In this document: piece after piece, positions 13,190-25,925 of the stretch
How the letters are laid out: each line of letters starts with the position of its first letter
How positions within the stretch are numbered: the first letter of the stretch is position 1
Origin: Geosiphon pyriformis uo1
Lineage: Eukaryota; Fungi; Glomeromycota
DNA length: 64,000 nt
Direction: 5' to 3'
Assembly: GCA_016748015.1 (NCBI GenBank)
Contig: JAAOMT010000597.1
Location: 845,181-909,180 of the forward strand
Notes under the pieces: generated by a model
The model's input: only the letters and a program-made list of their open reading frames with translations
Told to the model about the DNA's origin: nothing
The model's database searches: none
Position numbers and translations under genes: made by a program

Positions 13190-14646
13190 TAATCTCAAAC
13201 CTTTTTGCAAAAATTAACGCCTTTTTTTTGTTTCCGATCTAGTTAGAAATTTTTATCTCGTTCCACATCATCATTATGATAGAACCAAGAAAATATTTTT
13301 TATTGCAACAAAAACAATGTTATTATGAAACCGGAAAAAAAAAAAGTTTTAGAGTTTAGCCGAGGAAAAATAATTTTCTAGTTCGCAATTTCAATGTGAT
13401 TTTTGTGAATCCTGATGAGCAATACAAAAATCGACAGATAAAGTCAACAAAAGAATTTTTTCCACTGTCGAGTTAAGAAGAATTAAAATTGTTTTGTCAA
13501 TTGATTAAACTTAAATCGGACCGGAGAACGATACAATTGGTTAGCATAGTTATACAGGATCGGGTAATAAAATTCCCATTCGAGTACAATAAGAGATCAA
13601 TGTTTGTGGGGCCTTGATTTTCCCAGCATAAGTAAAAAGATATGTGTTGTTCTTAGTAAGGGTTTCTAGTTTTAATAAATTTCCTTCCAAGGGTTTCTAT
13701 TTACCACCCACCAAGCTAATTGTATTCTGAATAAAAATGATTGGGCAAAAAAAATTCCCTGGTTCGGCACAAATTTCTAACAATATTTAATATCATTATA
13801 TCATCGGTATTTGTATGAGGCAAAGATTTTCGATCAAATTCCCAATAACGGCTATCAATGAGATAATTTCCAGGGCTCCATTGAGATGTCTCAACTTTTC
13901 TAATAATGGGACGATCGTTTTCAATAATAATAATAATAATAATTAAAGGAAGATGACGCCCAAGATAATAAATATCAATGATAAAAATAATATCCAAATA
14001 AACTGACGGTAATAGATTAAACAACAAGTAATTCCAGGCGTCAATTGCCTCATCATTCTTTAATTGAAAAAAAGATGTTTTTCCGGATATTTATTATGAG
14101 GCTTGGAGGTTGATCTTTGAGAATGGGTTTTTAAAATAGGAAAAGCCTGGTTTTTCGTAATTTTGAATATTATCATCATCATCATTTCTAATAATACAAA
14201 TATTTATTAAGCTGAAAATTCTTGGTTCATAAGCTATGAGTCATTCTCCTATATTCTAGAGGAAAGTTTCATTCAATGACGCCATCTCGGTATGATCATA
14301 GTAAAAACATCTTAAAATTTTATCAATATCAACTATCATTCAACAATCACAAACTCGGTTCAAATATGCAAAGCAGCGGCCTAATTTACAATAGTTCACA
14401 AGCACAACTTTAAGGTGACCCGAATTAAAATAATAATAATAATAATTAGTCAAAGTTCTCGGGAAATAGCCTTCATCATGATTGTCACCATATTTTTTTG
14501 CATCGCCTGTTGAAACCTTTTTTTATCATGTAAAAAGTAAATCTTTGTCCATACATGCATTATGTATTACATAGCTAAAACAATGATATACCAAAGGGAA
14601 AAAAGAGCGGTGAAAAAAAGGGCTGTAAAACAGTTCCTTTATTCTA

Positions 14647-14703
<57 letters not shown>

Positions 14704-14984
14704 TATTAACTGTGTGTACAACAGATAACTTTTTTTTTTTATTAAAATAAGAAAAAAGACTTGCCTCCTATCAGGCTGTAACAAGATTTTTTTTATCTTT
14801 AACCAGTTTAAAACCAGTACGCCCTAATCAACTAACAAACCAACCAAACCCTGCTTGTCTAATCTCTTGTTTAAAGTCAACAATTGCTCATATTTTCATA
14901 ATAACCACTCACACCACGATTTAAATGAACAATGAATGACATATATTGATCGCTGATATTCGGTCCAGAGGCCCCGAGATCAGC
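13190..14984 (+). promoter_or_regulatory. Upstream region of the Ecl1-like gene; inverted homolog of 5628-6470, with extra inserted segments
   Basis: Collinear reverse-complement blocks at 13190-13255, 13323-13412, 13500-13605, 13650-14260, 14420-14472 and 14941-14966. TATAAATA lies at ~15001. Confidence 0.75.
14648..14708. repeat. (TTA)n microsatellite
   Basis: Near-perfect TTA run. Confidence 0.95.
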
Positions 14985-15285
14985 GAATACCCACTAAAAG
15001 TATAAATAGGTTCTTGTCCGGGAGAGTAGAAAAAAGTAAAGAGATAAACTCTATAAAAGTTTAATCTTCTTTTTACAACTTTCCTAACGCACGAAATATA
15101 TTATACTATTCCGTGATACAAATTCATATTTTTGTGTCTCTAATTTCATTAAAAAAAAGACTCGATAGGAAAAAGGTTATTTCCATTCTAGAAAAAACTT
15201 TTTAAAATTAAAACGAAAAAGAGACCTTTTTTTCAGTCGTTTGTTCAAGACGAATATTTAAAAAAAGAAAACAAGAAACAAAACA

Positions 15286-15859
15286 ATGGATTTGGATTGG
15301 TGTCTCACTTGCTCTCAACATACTTCGGTAGGTTTTTAATGTTTTGTTCAGGATTCCTTTGTTATTTTCTATTTTATAACTTTAGCTAAACGAATCAAAT
15401 TTAATTATATTCAAACAGGGTACTCTCTATTGTTCAGATAATTGTCGTCTTCAAGATTTGAAAGGTCCAGCTCTCATGTCATCATCGAGCAGTTTCTCAA
15501 AGAACATTGCACCTATATATAAATTACACGTAAAGCCTGCCTTCTCTTTGCCACGAATTCCTTCTGTGGATTACTTGGCATTATCATCGTCATCGTCATC
15601 GTCATCGTCGTCATTTCGAAAATCAACAACTTCAACGAAACCTACAAAAATTGTTGGCAATAAATCCACTTTTTTGCTTTCATCAAACGCCAGTGATAAT
15701 AAATCATTTTTAAATGATTACGAAAAAGAAAACTGGACTAATAAAACCAATACACAACAGCAGCAACCGAATATCCATCATCTTCGTAATTCAAACGTAT
15801 TGAAACCACGTTATGGTAATTTACTTAATGCTGTCCAAAGAGTATCTCTTATGACATAA
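15286..15859 (+). CDS. Ecl1-family (life-span regulatory factor) Cys-motif protein, ~160 aa; exons 15286-15327 and 15419-15859
   Basis: The spliced N-terminus MDLDWCLTCSQHTS|GTLYCSDNCRLQD matches the CxxC...YCSxxCR motif of Ecl1/2/3. The intron is GTAGGT..CAG (91 bp). A Ser-rich low-complexity tail follows. Confidence 0.85.
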
Positions 15860-16370
15860 TGATGTGAATCAAAAATTACATTTTTTGCAAGAATTATTAT
15901 TTTCTCGTTATGAAATTTAACATTATCAATTTGAGGCTTGATTAAATTGCTTCTCTCACCTACATTTCTTAAATCATAGATTTACAGTTTTTTCAATACT
16001 TACTATAGACTTTTTTGTTCAAAGAAAAAATTTTTTTTTTATATCATTTAACGGCAAGTTTACTTGTTCTCATCTCCTAAACAACCAAAAATCTCTTTTT
16101 AAGAGATTCATTCATATTCCAAAAAATCTTCATTTTACTAATTGTAAATAACAATCATTCCCGCAAAAATTCTTCATTCCCCTTCCAAAATTTACTCTCA
16201 TAAACAAAAAACTTTTCAAAGAAAGTTGTTGAGCGAGCGATAATATTAATATATTTATTATAAAATTTGACCTAAAAACTTTTTGATTCATTCATGATTG
16301 TAAAAAGCATTTATTTTTTTATTAATAAAAATTGGATAATTATTCTTTAATTATTTTTAAAATCATCAAA

Positions 16371-16385
16371 AACAATAACAACAAT

Positions 16386-16423
<38 letters not shown>
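16371..16423. repeat. (AAC)n microsatellite
   Basis: Direct reading. Confidence 0.95.
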
Positions 16424-17222
16424 ACAGAAACTTTTTGTCTTTAGCCTAAAGGAAAAAAGTTGACCTTCCTTTGAACCTTTTTTTTTCATATTGATATTTT
16501 GATACATCAATGATTAAAAACCTAATATTCTTACCTTCCTCCCTCTTTGAAATTAAAATAATGATAACGGCCCGTTACTAAAATCAAAGTCTCAATTACT
16601 AATAACAAAATATTTGATTCTTTATACATCTATTGAAGATTTAAGTGGTGTAGTCTCAAAGAAAATTATCAGCATAATAATCATCAATTATTAATTCAAA
16701 TTGTGTGTGCATTTCATCGGCGTAGTGTGGGAAAAATGTAAAAATCCATTTTATTTTTCTATTTCAAGTCAAAACGTAAATGTATAGGTGGGAAATTATT
16801 AAGACTGATATATGTGGGCGAGGCGATGAGCGATGTAGCTCCTCTGTACATCATTTACAAAAAACTTGTTAGAACCAGTAATTACTCAAACACGTATCAA
16901 ATAATTTAGGCGTCCGCTAATTTCAGATTTTCAGTACGGAGCAACTTCTTTTATGATTCAAGTTGTTAAACCATCCCATGCTGATCTTATTGGTTTATTA
17001 ATAATTGGAGTATTACACACCTTATCAAATGGAAAGAAGTTGAACGACGACAGTTGTTAGCATTCTTCTCTTTGGTTATTTGTAGACATTAATAACATGA
17101 ATCAGATGTTTAAATTTTGACGAATCAGTTGAGAACAATTTGATTTGCTTTTTTTATAAATCAAAAAAAGATTTTTCATGGAATAATAATAAGAAAATTT
17201 TTTTGATGAAAAATGTCGTTCA

Positions 17223-17402
17223 AATTGTCACTCTTATAATGAATGGGTAATTGTAACTCCTATTATGAATGAATGAATGAATGAATGGGTAATTGTAACT
17301 CCTATTATGAATGAATGAATGAATGGGTAATTGTCACTACTATTATGAAGGAATGAATGAATGGATGAATGGATGAATGGATGAATGGATGAATGGATGA
17401 AT
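17223..17402. repeat. Minisatellite: 4 copies of aattgt(a/c)actcctattatg separated by variable (GAAT)n, followed by (GAATGGAT)n
   Basis: Direct reading. Confidence 0.9.
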
Positions 17403-18879
17403 AAATAAAAGGAATGAATTTAACACAAAGGTTCTTTTGAGATGGAAGATTCTCAATCTGCCTAACATAATTTTTGTTTTATAGTGTACGTTTAAATTAA
17501 AAGTTCGTTTTCAATTGAAAATTTGCTTTTTTAATAAAAAATTCTTCTTAATCTTTGTATTAATATTTGTTTTAAAAAATGATTCTCTTTGTGTTATATT
17601 AATAATATATTTTTTATTATCAATATTGACGGCATTTTATTGTAAAATAAGCTTCTTCATATATTAATACTTTATTTAAAAGTTTTTCCATTAATAAAAC
17701 CTTTTTTTTTTTTTTTTAAATTTCATAGAAAAGTATGATATAAATTATTGATATTTAAAATGGGCTAATATAATATATTCACCCTCTTTTAATTCTATTT
17801 TTTCAAATTAAAATTTTTTTGATTAAAAAAGAGCCACATTCTTTAAAAGAGAATAGGAGATAAAGGATAGAATGAGATGCATAAGATTCCTTACATCTCG
17901 TCAAATATCTTGTAAAATGAAAAGATTATTTTTTTTGCGGAATTATTTGATATGAGATGACAGACTTTTTGCGTTAAAAAAAAAAAAGACCAGCCTAGAA
18001 TTCAAACAAGTAAAGAGTAATTATGATAAAATAAAAAATTTCTGCCCTTACATATTTGGGTAAACAACAATTATCAAAAATACGATTCTTTTAAATATGT
18101 TTTGTTAAGTAACCAGATTTAGCCTAGAGCTGCAGCACATTACTGTTTGGTCCAACAACTTTCGTCAAGAATCGTGCAAAAAAACGAAAATTACTTTATT
18201 AAAAAATTTGAGGAAAATGATCTTCAAAATATTGAGCATCAAAAATAGTTGACAATTATTGTATTTACAATGTAGTAGACAACAACAATTGTTATTTATG
18301 GGTCATTAAATTTATGCATAATGATATATAGTTAATTTGTTACAAAATTAAAAGACAATAAAATTTCACTGGCATATTTTTTCAAATTTAAATTAGATGC
18401 TTTTTTTTTATTGGAAATAACATATTAGATTCTTTATCTATAAATATTTATGCATTTTCAGATATTCTGAAACGTGATGTAGTATAATAATACTATATTC
18501 ATTCTAAAATCTATTAAAAGTAAAATTATTTTGAATCAAAGTCATTTGAAAAATTAATTAATTATTTATTTATCATTAATAAAAATAATGCTTGAAAAAA
18601 TATAATTTACAAATAAATAAAATTTTTAAAAAAGGGCAAACAGCATAATTTAGAGAGAATTATTAAAAGTAAATTTTGATTTTAAACACAAATCTCCATC
18701 TAAGAACATCTTTAAATAATAATAATAATAATAAGAAAATCTTTGGTCGACTAATAAGATAAAACAATTCTTTAATGTTATGGTTTTTATAAAAAAATTG
18801 AAATTTTTTTTTGGAATATTTTAGCAATATACATGTAGAAACTTTTTATTTTAGCCCGATCATACTTTAACGAGATTAC

Positions 18880-19690
18880 TTACCCCCAGATAACAGTTCT
18901 GTTAAAAATATCATTTAACTGAGGCAAGCTTTTATAACCTACCAAATAAATATAATTTCATTATTATTCGAAAAATTTTCTTTTACATGAAGGCATTCCA
19001 AAGTCACAATTCCAAGATTATCTTGGAGTTATTTCACAAGCTTTCACTTGTGAATTGGAGCATTATCTTCCTAGAATATTGCTTCTTTGGTGGTAATAAT
19101 GATTGGGCTTTCATATGCTTCACCAATAATAAGTGAGTTATATCCCTATACAATTATAGATTTACGTCCACTTTTAACGGTTGCCCATGTATGATCAAAA
19201 ATTCTGAAGCTCACTTTATGACACCATATACAAAATTTCTCATAAGAATCGTTGCTTATAAAGGATTCATCTGTCCAAAGAACACGTCGCCAATCTTTTT
19301 TGGTCCAATGCTTGTAGGTTTAACTGTTTGATTCAGTTTACTTTATTAATCATTGACTTCTTATGTCTTTTTTCCGAATTTTCATTAAGGTTCTAATGAA
19401 CATAAAAGTTTGTTTTGGCATCTTTCTTATTACTGATTTTTTTTTTAATTTCCCCAAAATCTAACGTTCAGAACATTTATCAATAATAGATTTTGACTAC
19501 TAAATTTTTCAAAAAGATAAATCGTATTTTTGTTATTTCTAATCGTTTAAGACACTTCTTAACACGAATAGCAAACCGTCGAATAATGCACGCAATTTTT
19601 GCGGCCGAAATGTCTTTTTCTTGAGCATTTTTACAGTAAAGCATTTGTTTTACTATGTTCTTTTTGACTACCATTTGAGTATACACTTAC
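18880..19690 (-). mobile_element. Second, unrelated Tc1-family transposase relic
   Basis: The minus strand reads YKHWTKKDWRRVLWTDES (19265-19318), TVKSGRKSIIV*G and EDNAPIH (~19050). ORF 19480-19686 is the probable N-terminal HTH part. No TIR pair was found. Confidence 0.8.
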
Positions 19691-21233
19691 AACTTTCAAG
19701 TCGCTCTTTAACTAATAAGTTAAAAAAAAAACGAATTTCTTTTGTTATTAAAAGTAACCACGTGAGTGTAATCTTTAGAATTCTTTACTGTCTTGAGAAA
19801 ATCGTCCTAGTTTTGTATTACCCAGTATATACTTCAATTGTAAAATGGTTTGATATTTAATTCCTGTATTGAGTTTAAAATACGATAAAGGTGTCAAAAC
19901 CTTTTTTAATGAAATTGCAGACAGTGGTCAAACCTCAAATATTGTATGAAAAAAAAAGAGTTCACCTTGCTAATGAATAAGGATTTCAAGCTATAATTTC
20001 GTTAAATTATACTCTTTAAAAGACTAAGTGTTGAAGAATTTTTCAAGGCTAAAATAATATTAAAGAAAATTCTAAAAATATACAATTACCATATATGAGC
20101 TTAGAATCTCTCATTGAGGTTACTTAAAAACGAGTAGAGATTGTTCCCAAAAGGAAGCGGTGGCTGGTGAAAACTAGTTTAGTAAATTTCTTTTACGGAA
20201 ATTTTTTTTGATTGATAATTCTAAACGCATAAACTCGTTTTGAGACCGCAGATAATATTTTATTTACTAATCCTAGCTGCTTTCAAAATAATTTGTAGGT
20301 TAACTTTAATAGCTTTTGTTGAAAAAATTTAGAAAAGTTTTAATTTTAAAAAACTTTTATAGAAATGAATAAATGAATTGATAGAAATAAATATTTTGAA
20401 ACATATAATGTAATTTTCACCAAAATGAATCTTTGAAATAAGATAAAAGAATCAATCTTTTATTCTGAAATATATGCATAATTTCAATGATCAAAATCAC
20501 AATTTCTTGATTCACTTGATGGAAGATCTTTTTTTAGTCTAACTGTCTGAGTAAACTGTATTTTTATAATTAAAACTTCTTTTTTTTCTTATCCTTTTTC
20601 ACTAAACCTCTTTTGATTTCCCATTCTTTGATGGTATCTGAATTTTCACTTCCTATAGTCTGGTGTTCGGGTATAGATTTTTTTTACGTCCTCGCATGAT
20701 TTTACAAATCATCATGAATAAATATAAAACAGTCTTAGTGGATTAAATTTAATTTTAAGCATTTGGTACGTTGAAAAAATAATTTGTAACATGCCAGTTT
20801 TTTAATAATTTTTGAAGAACCCAAGGCATTTAAAATTTTACCATAATCTCATTTATGAATCGAAGAAAGATAATTTTTTTTTATTAATTAATTAATTAAT
20901 TATTATTATTAAAACAAGAATGACCACAAATTTATTTTAGTAAAAAATACAACCTGTTCTAGTTCTAGAATGCACATGTATCAAGTAAAAAATTTCTCCC
21001 CACAACAATGAACAAGTTCAAAAACAAAATTGATATTTATTCACAACTTTTACAACTAAAATGACCTTAAATACGTTTAGTAAAATGATAATCTTTTTTG
21101 TACCTTTGAAAATTCGTAAGATTTTTTATTGTTAAAGGTGTCAGCTTGATTTTATTGGGAATGGCTCTATGAATTAAAAAAGCAATCATCTTTAAGTTAA
21201 ATGCTAATTTAAAAGATTTGAATGTTTATAAAT

Positions 21234-22232
21234 TTATTTACCTTTATTTCGAAGACATTGTGCTTTACCATCCTTGACATCACAATAATATCCTTCATTA
21301 CACGTGACGGCACTACAATCAGTCAAGATAGGATTCGGTTCCTTATTCGGAAAACAGCTACCCTTCCCATCTTTTTCGTCACAATAATAACCGCTACGAC
21401 ACCTAATCGAGGCACATCCAATCTTCGAAGGTTTAGGTTCTGGAATACACCTCTTTTCCGGCTGTTTGGGATCACAATAATACCCTTCCTTACACCTGAC
21501 GGCACTACAATCAGTCAGAATAGGATTCGGTTCCTTATTCGGAAAACAGCTAGCCTTCCCATCTTTGACATCACAATAATACCCTTCCTTACACCTGACG
21601 GCATTACAATTAGTCGGAATAGGATTCGGTTCCTTATTCGGAAAACAGCTAGCCTTCCCATCTTTGACATCACAATAATACCCTTCTTTACACCTGACGG
21701 CACTACAATCAGTCAGATCAGGATTCGGTTCCTTATTCGGAAAACAGCTAGCCTTCCCATCTTTTTCGTCACAATAATAACCGCTACGACACCTAAGTGA
21801 GGCGCATCCAATCTTCGAAGGTTTAGGTTCTGGAATACACCTCTTTTCTGGCTGTTTAGGATCACAATAATACCCAGCTTTACATTTACATTTTATCGTT
21901 TCATTATTGTCTGACGGAATTTTACGACATGGACCAATTGAACCAGCTTCCCCGGCTGCACTGGCGTCACAATAATATCCGGGGGGACAATAAGCCCTGC
22001 ATTGAGGTTGAGGAGCGCTTGAATGAGCTGCTGTAATGTATTCAAATAAATAAAAATCAACAAATTCGTTAATCAATGTGACAAAGTACTGCTGCGCTGT
22101 TGCTGCTGATTCTGTTCAAATAAATTTTTCAGAAAACAAAAATTTCATAATATGCACAATACCAATTTCAAATAGGGTCAATAAAAAAAAAGTAAAAAAT
22201 AAAAATATAAAAGCCCAAGTTTTTGAAATCAT
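21234..22232 (-). CDS. Secreted Cys-rich repeat protein with 8 four-Cys FOLN-like modules
   Basis: Exon 1 (22232-22163) encodes MISKTWAFIFLFFTFFLLTLFEI, a signal-peptide-like sequence. The phase-1 GT donor joins in frame to an AG acceptor at 22112 or 22031. Repeats follow the pattern CSAVRCKEGYYCDVKDGKASC with Pro-rich linkers. Confidence 0.85.
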
Positions 22233-25200
22233 TTTTGAAAGATGAAAAACAAATTATAGATTGAGGATACCTATATTTATATTGAAATTTATTGGGAATT
22301 TGCTAATATAAATTAAGAATTGTTATAATTTATTATTTTCTTTCTCCAATTTCCATTACGAGTTTTTGATTGGACAAGAAAAGAATCTTTAGCTGTTTTA
22401 GTAAATTTTATGATACCAAATTATTACTGGATTTCTTTTCGGTTATACCTTTAACATTTTTTTTGTTGCCCGAAATCAAGTAACAATGTCCATAAAAATT
22501 AAGCGAATAAACTATAAATAATTTAGATATATAATGCCGCTGTTTGCTTTACAATTTTAATTTATTGCATATAAAATTGACTCTATTTTGAAATAAAATA
22601 AAATCTCCTTTTCTCTCTTCAATTTCCATAATAATAATAATAATATTTTGGGAAACAACGCTTGAAACTTTTGTTGCCAATTAAGGTTTAAGGAACAGAT
22701 CAAAATTTCACTATATGAAATAATTTAAATGGTTTGGTTTGATGATTTATTAGTTTTCTTATTTTTCTTATTTTTTTTTAAATAAAAGATATTTTAAATT
22801 TTTCTAAATGAATTTATTTTTTTATTATTAAAATTTTTCTGAATAAATTTAATTAATTTTAAATTATTCTATTTCATTAATATTAATTAAAGTTCATTGT
22901 TAAATATAATGAAGTTCTTTTAAACCAAAATTGATCAACTGATTTCTTAAAGTTCCTTAAAAAAAAATAGATTATGATTAATAATTCAAAGATCAAAAGC
23001 TCCTATTTTGTACTATTATATCGAATTTCACATCGAAATAATCTAAACAGAATTTTCTTTGAAGGATTTTAATATTGAATGTTGTTTCTCCTTCCATATA
23101 TGAAAAAAAAATAAAGCATATCGGTGTCACACGAGTATACAGTTGAAGAAGATTCCATTATCGAATAAAGAATTCTAGAATTTTAATTATCTGACCAATT
23201 TGATGATTATTAATTGAAGCCTCTTAATATCTGTTTCAAAAAAACTATAAATAACTCTTTTATTTTTTATTTTATTTTTATTTTATTTTTATTTTTTTTT
23301 TGAGATGTTTTCATGTAAACATTAGGGAGTACATTAAAAAAAATTAATATTAATGGATTAATAATTTTTTTCATATTCTTGAGCTAAAGATAGGGTGAAA
23401 GAGCGATATGATACACCATTAGCTTCTGTTAAATAGAGTAGCATGGACTTTTTCTTTAATTGACCTACGCATCGATAAAATTGATTTCAAATGGTACCAA
23501 TTGTTTAAAAAGTGAAGAAAGCACTTTTAATTTCTAATTTTAGCATCCAAAAGCTAATTGAATCGTGCTTGATCGTATCCTTCTCTCATTGCAGGTTTGC
23601 TACGTGGATATATATGTACATGTACTAAGCTGCATCCGAGATCGGAGAGATTGATCGCATGTTTTAAAACAAATGACTGATTGTTAACAGATTTTGAGAG
23701 AAAAAGATATGTGCCATACTATTTCAAAAAATATGAAAATTTTATGATGATAACTTGAAAATAGTCTTTTTGACGTAAAGAGGAATTTTAGATAAAATTT
23801 CTTATGAATTTGTCTCTGTCCTCCAGAAATAGATTTTTTCAGAGAATTTAATAATAAAAATTGGTTGAACAATAAACTTAAATGTTCCCATGCAATAAAT
23901 CTTAACTTATAAAATGTTATCATAATTGTTATTAAACCATCATCCGGATTAATTGGAATATGAGATTACTACTTTCGAAAACCATACCCAAGAATTATTT
24001 CACTTCTTTACAATAATCGGCTTTTACAAGTTATTAATGATATTCTCATTCAAAGGCCTACATCTATAAAGATTCGCATTGTCTTTCACCAAACTCTGTA
24101 CTTGAATAACTAAATTATTATATTATATTGTTAGATATTAAAATTTTGTATTTTAAAAATTTTACCGGTACAACAACAACATTCCTCGAATATTTTTGAA
24201 TACCAATTCATTCAAAAGCCAATTGTGCTATATATTTAAAATTCATTTTAATGCAGAAGCTTTTTATTTCATTTTTCTCGAAAAAGTTGTTTCCCTCTTG
24301 AAGAGAAGTAGCCTATGAATAACAAAGAAATATTTTGCAATTAAATTTCTTTGTCAAATCACAATTAGTAGATAGGACCCATTTTTTAAAAAGTTTTATG
24401 CTGATTTGGTGTATGTTTTCGGTTAATGAAAGTTGAGGTGAATCTGGAAGAGTAATCGTTCCGTTGGGCAGAATTTTTTTCTATTTTTGATGTTATATAG
24501 CAGAGAAGTGAATGAAAACAATATCAATTAAAGAAAACATTTTGTAAAAGCAGCAATAGCAATGAAGGTGATTTATTCTCATAGTAAGTATCTTTAGTAA
24601 TGAGTAGTGAGGAAAAAAAATATTATGGGAATCGAGATTCCAGCCGATCAATAAACATACCTTATTAAGCCGTGTGGCTTTTACCGATACGAGCGTCACT
24701 TCAAAAATATTTACCCTGATGATAGGCTCTTTTAGAATACGTTTTTAACCGTTATAAACAAAGCTTTAAACATCTATTCACCTCGGGCTATGCCAAAGCT
24801 CGAGAGATTTATTCGATCCTATAAATCAGTTTTTGTTTGGCAAATCAATCAGATCCGGAAGGTCAGTAATTGAATTTCATTGCCAAGATCCTCAAAAAGC
24901 TTTTGAATTGGTTCAGTATCGAATTAATTAGTATGAGCCATCATCGTCTCCTGAAAACGTTTCAAAGAATAAAGGTTATTAAAAGAAAATCACGTATTTC
25001 TCATATCAATTTTTTTAAATCTAAAAACCTGGGGGATTTTACGGAAAATGATTTCCCAGGCAGCATCAACGTAGTACGATGACTTTTTAAGATCGTCACA
25101 CTATTTATAGAGGATAAAAAATGAAGATGTGGCTGCTCATTTCCGTGTACTTGTCTTTCTAGAATTTTTGGACTTTTGTAATGACAATTAAATAAATCAC

Positions 25201-25442
25201 TTGTTTGGATCCAATCAAAATGAAATTTTTTTTTGGAAATTTCAATATCCTTTATTAATTTGTGTTAAACCTTTTTTACTACGGTTATTTGGACTATTGC
25301 TAATGGCTGAAAAGCTAGTGTAATGCTCAATATAGACGTCAAAGAATTGTTCATATATGTACAAGAAAAAAAAGGGTGATTCAATATTATCTACACTAAA
25401 AAAATGTCTATTGAGAAATCTACAACATGAAAGTAATCGTAT

Positions 25443-25925
25443 TCACCATTGTCCGCATCCTACATATCCAGCATCAATTTTACTATTGATCAATTTTTGA
25501 ACAAAATTTCTCGCTTTCTCAGATGAATCGTGATGTTGTTTTTGTGTCGCTCGTTCCTTTAACTTTCCATCTGGTTCAATCTTTCCAAATCTTATGTATG
25601 TTGTGGTTTCATTTTCAATTTTAAATTCCCAAAATCTTGTATCAGTTTCCATGTATCCCGATAACATTTTGGCAGATTTTGAGGAAAATTCGAAAATTTT
25701 CTCTTTTTGTTGTTTCTTTAAAAGTTGTTGTTTTTCGTAAAATAATATCGCTTCATATTGGTCCAACAATCCATCCATTGTTTGATAAGTATTTAATATA
25801 AAGTCGTTGTCAATATAAAAAGTCTTTTGTTTGTTGTTCATTTTCGTTGAGGTCCAAATATTCTTGTCATAATTGTTGGTTCGTGAAAAGTTAATTTCTT
25901 TTTCTTCAAGGTGAGTGTTTTTCAT
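25443..25925 (-). CDS. Stand-alone WGR-domain protein, 160 aa, single exon
   Basis: The C-terminal RFWEFKIENETTTYIRFGKI...DSSEKARNFVQKLINSKIDAGY follows the WGR consensus (FW..., R-W/F-G-R/K-I, ...A...K...K...GY). Confidence 0.8.
   Translation of the reverse strand: MKNTHLEEKEINFSRTNNYDKNIWTSTKMNNKQKTFYIDNDFILNTYQTMDGLLDQYEAILFYEKQQLLKKQQKEKIFEFSSKSAKMLSGYMETDTRFWEFKIENETTTYIRFGKIEPDGKLKERATQKQHHDSSEKARNFVQKLINSKIDAGYVGCGQW

Noticed and set aside
13716-14027. 103-aa ORF inside the duplicated upstream block
   Set aside because: Non-ATG start, no recognisable motif, and the homologous copy differs by several indels.
14562-14750. Poly-Leu ORF; likewise ORFs at 34347-34579 and 52792-53001
   Set aside because: The reading frames are held open by microsatellites.
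17223-17402. Repeat-spacer-like array resembling CRISPR
   Set aside because: The spacers are just (GAAT)n, the context is eukaryotic, and there are no cas genes.
21222-21800. 192-aa plus-strand ORF and the short alternative-frame ORFs
   Set aside because: Shadows of the repetitive Cys-rich gene.
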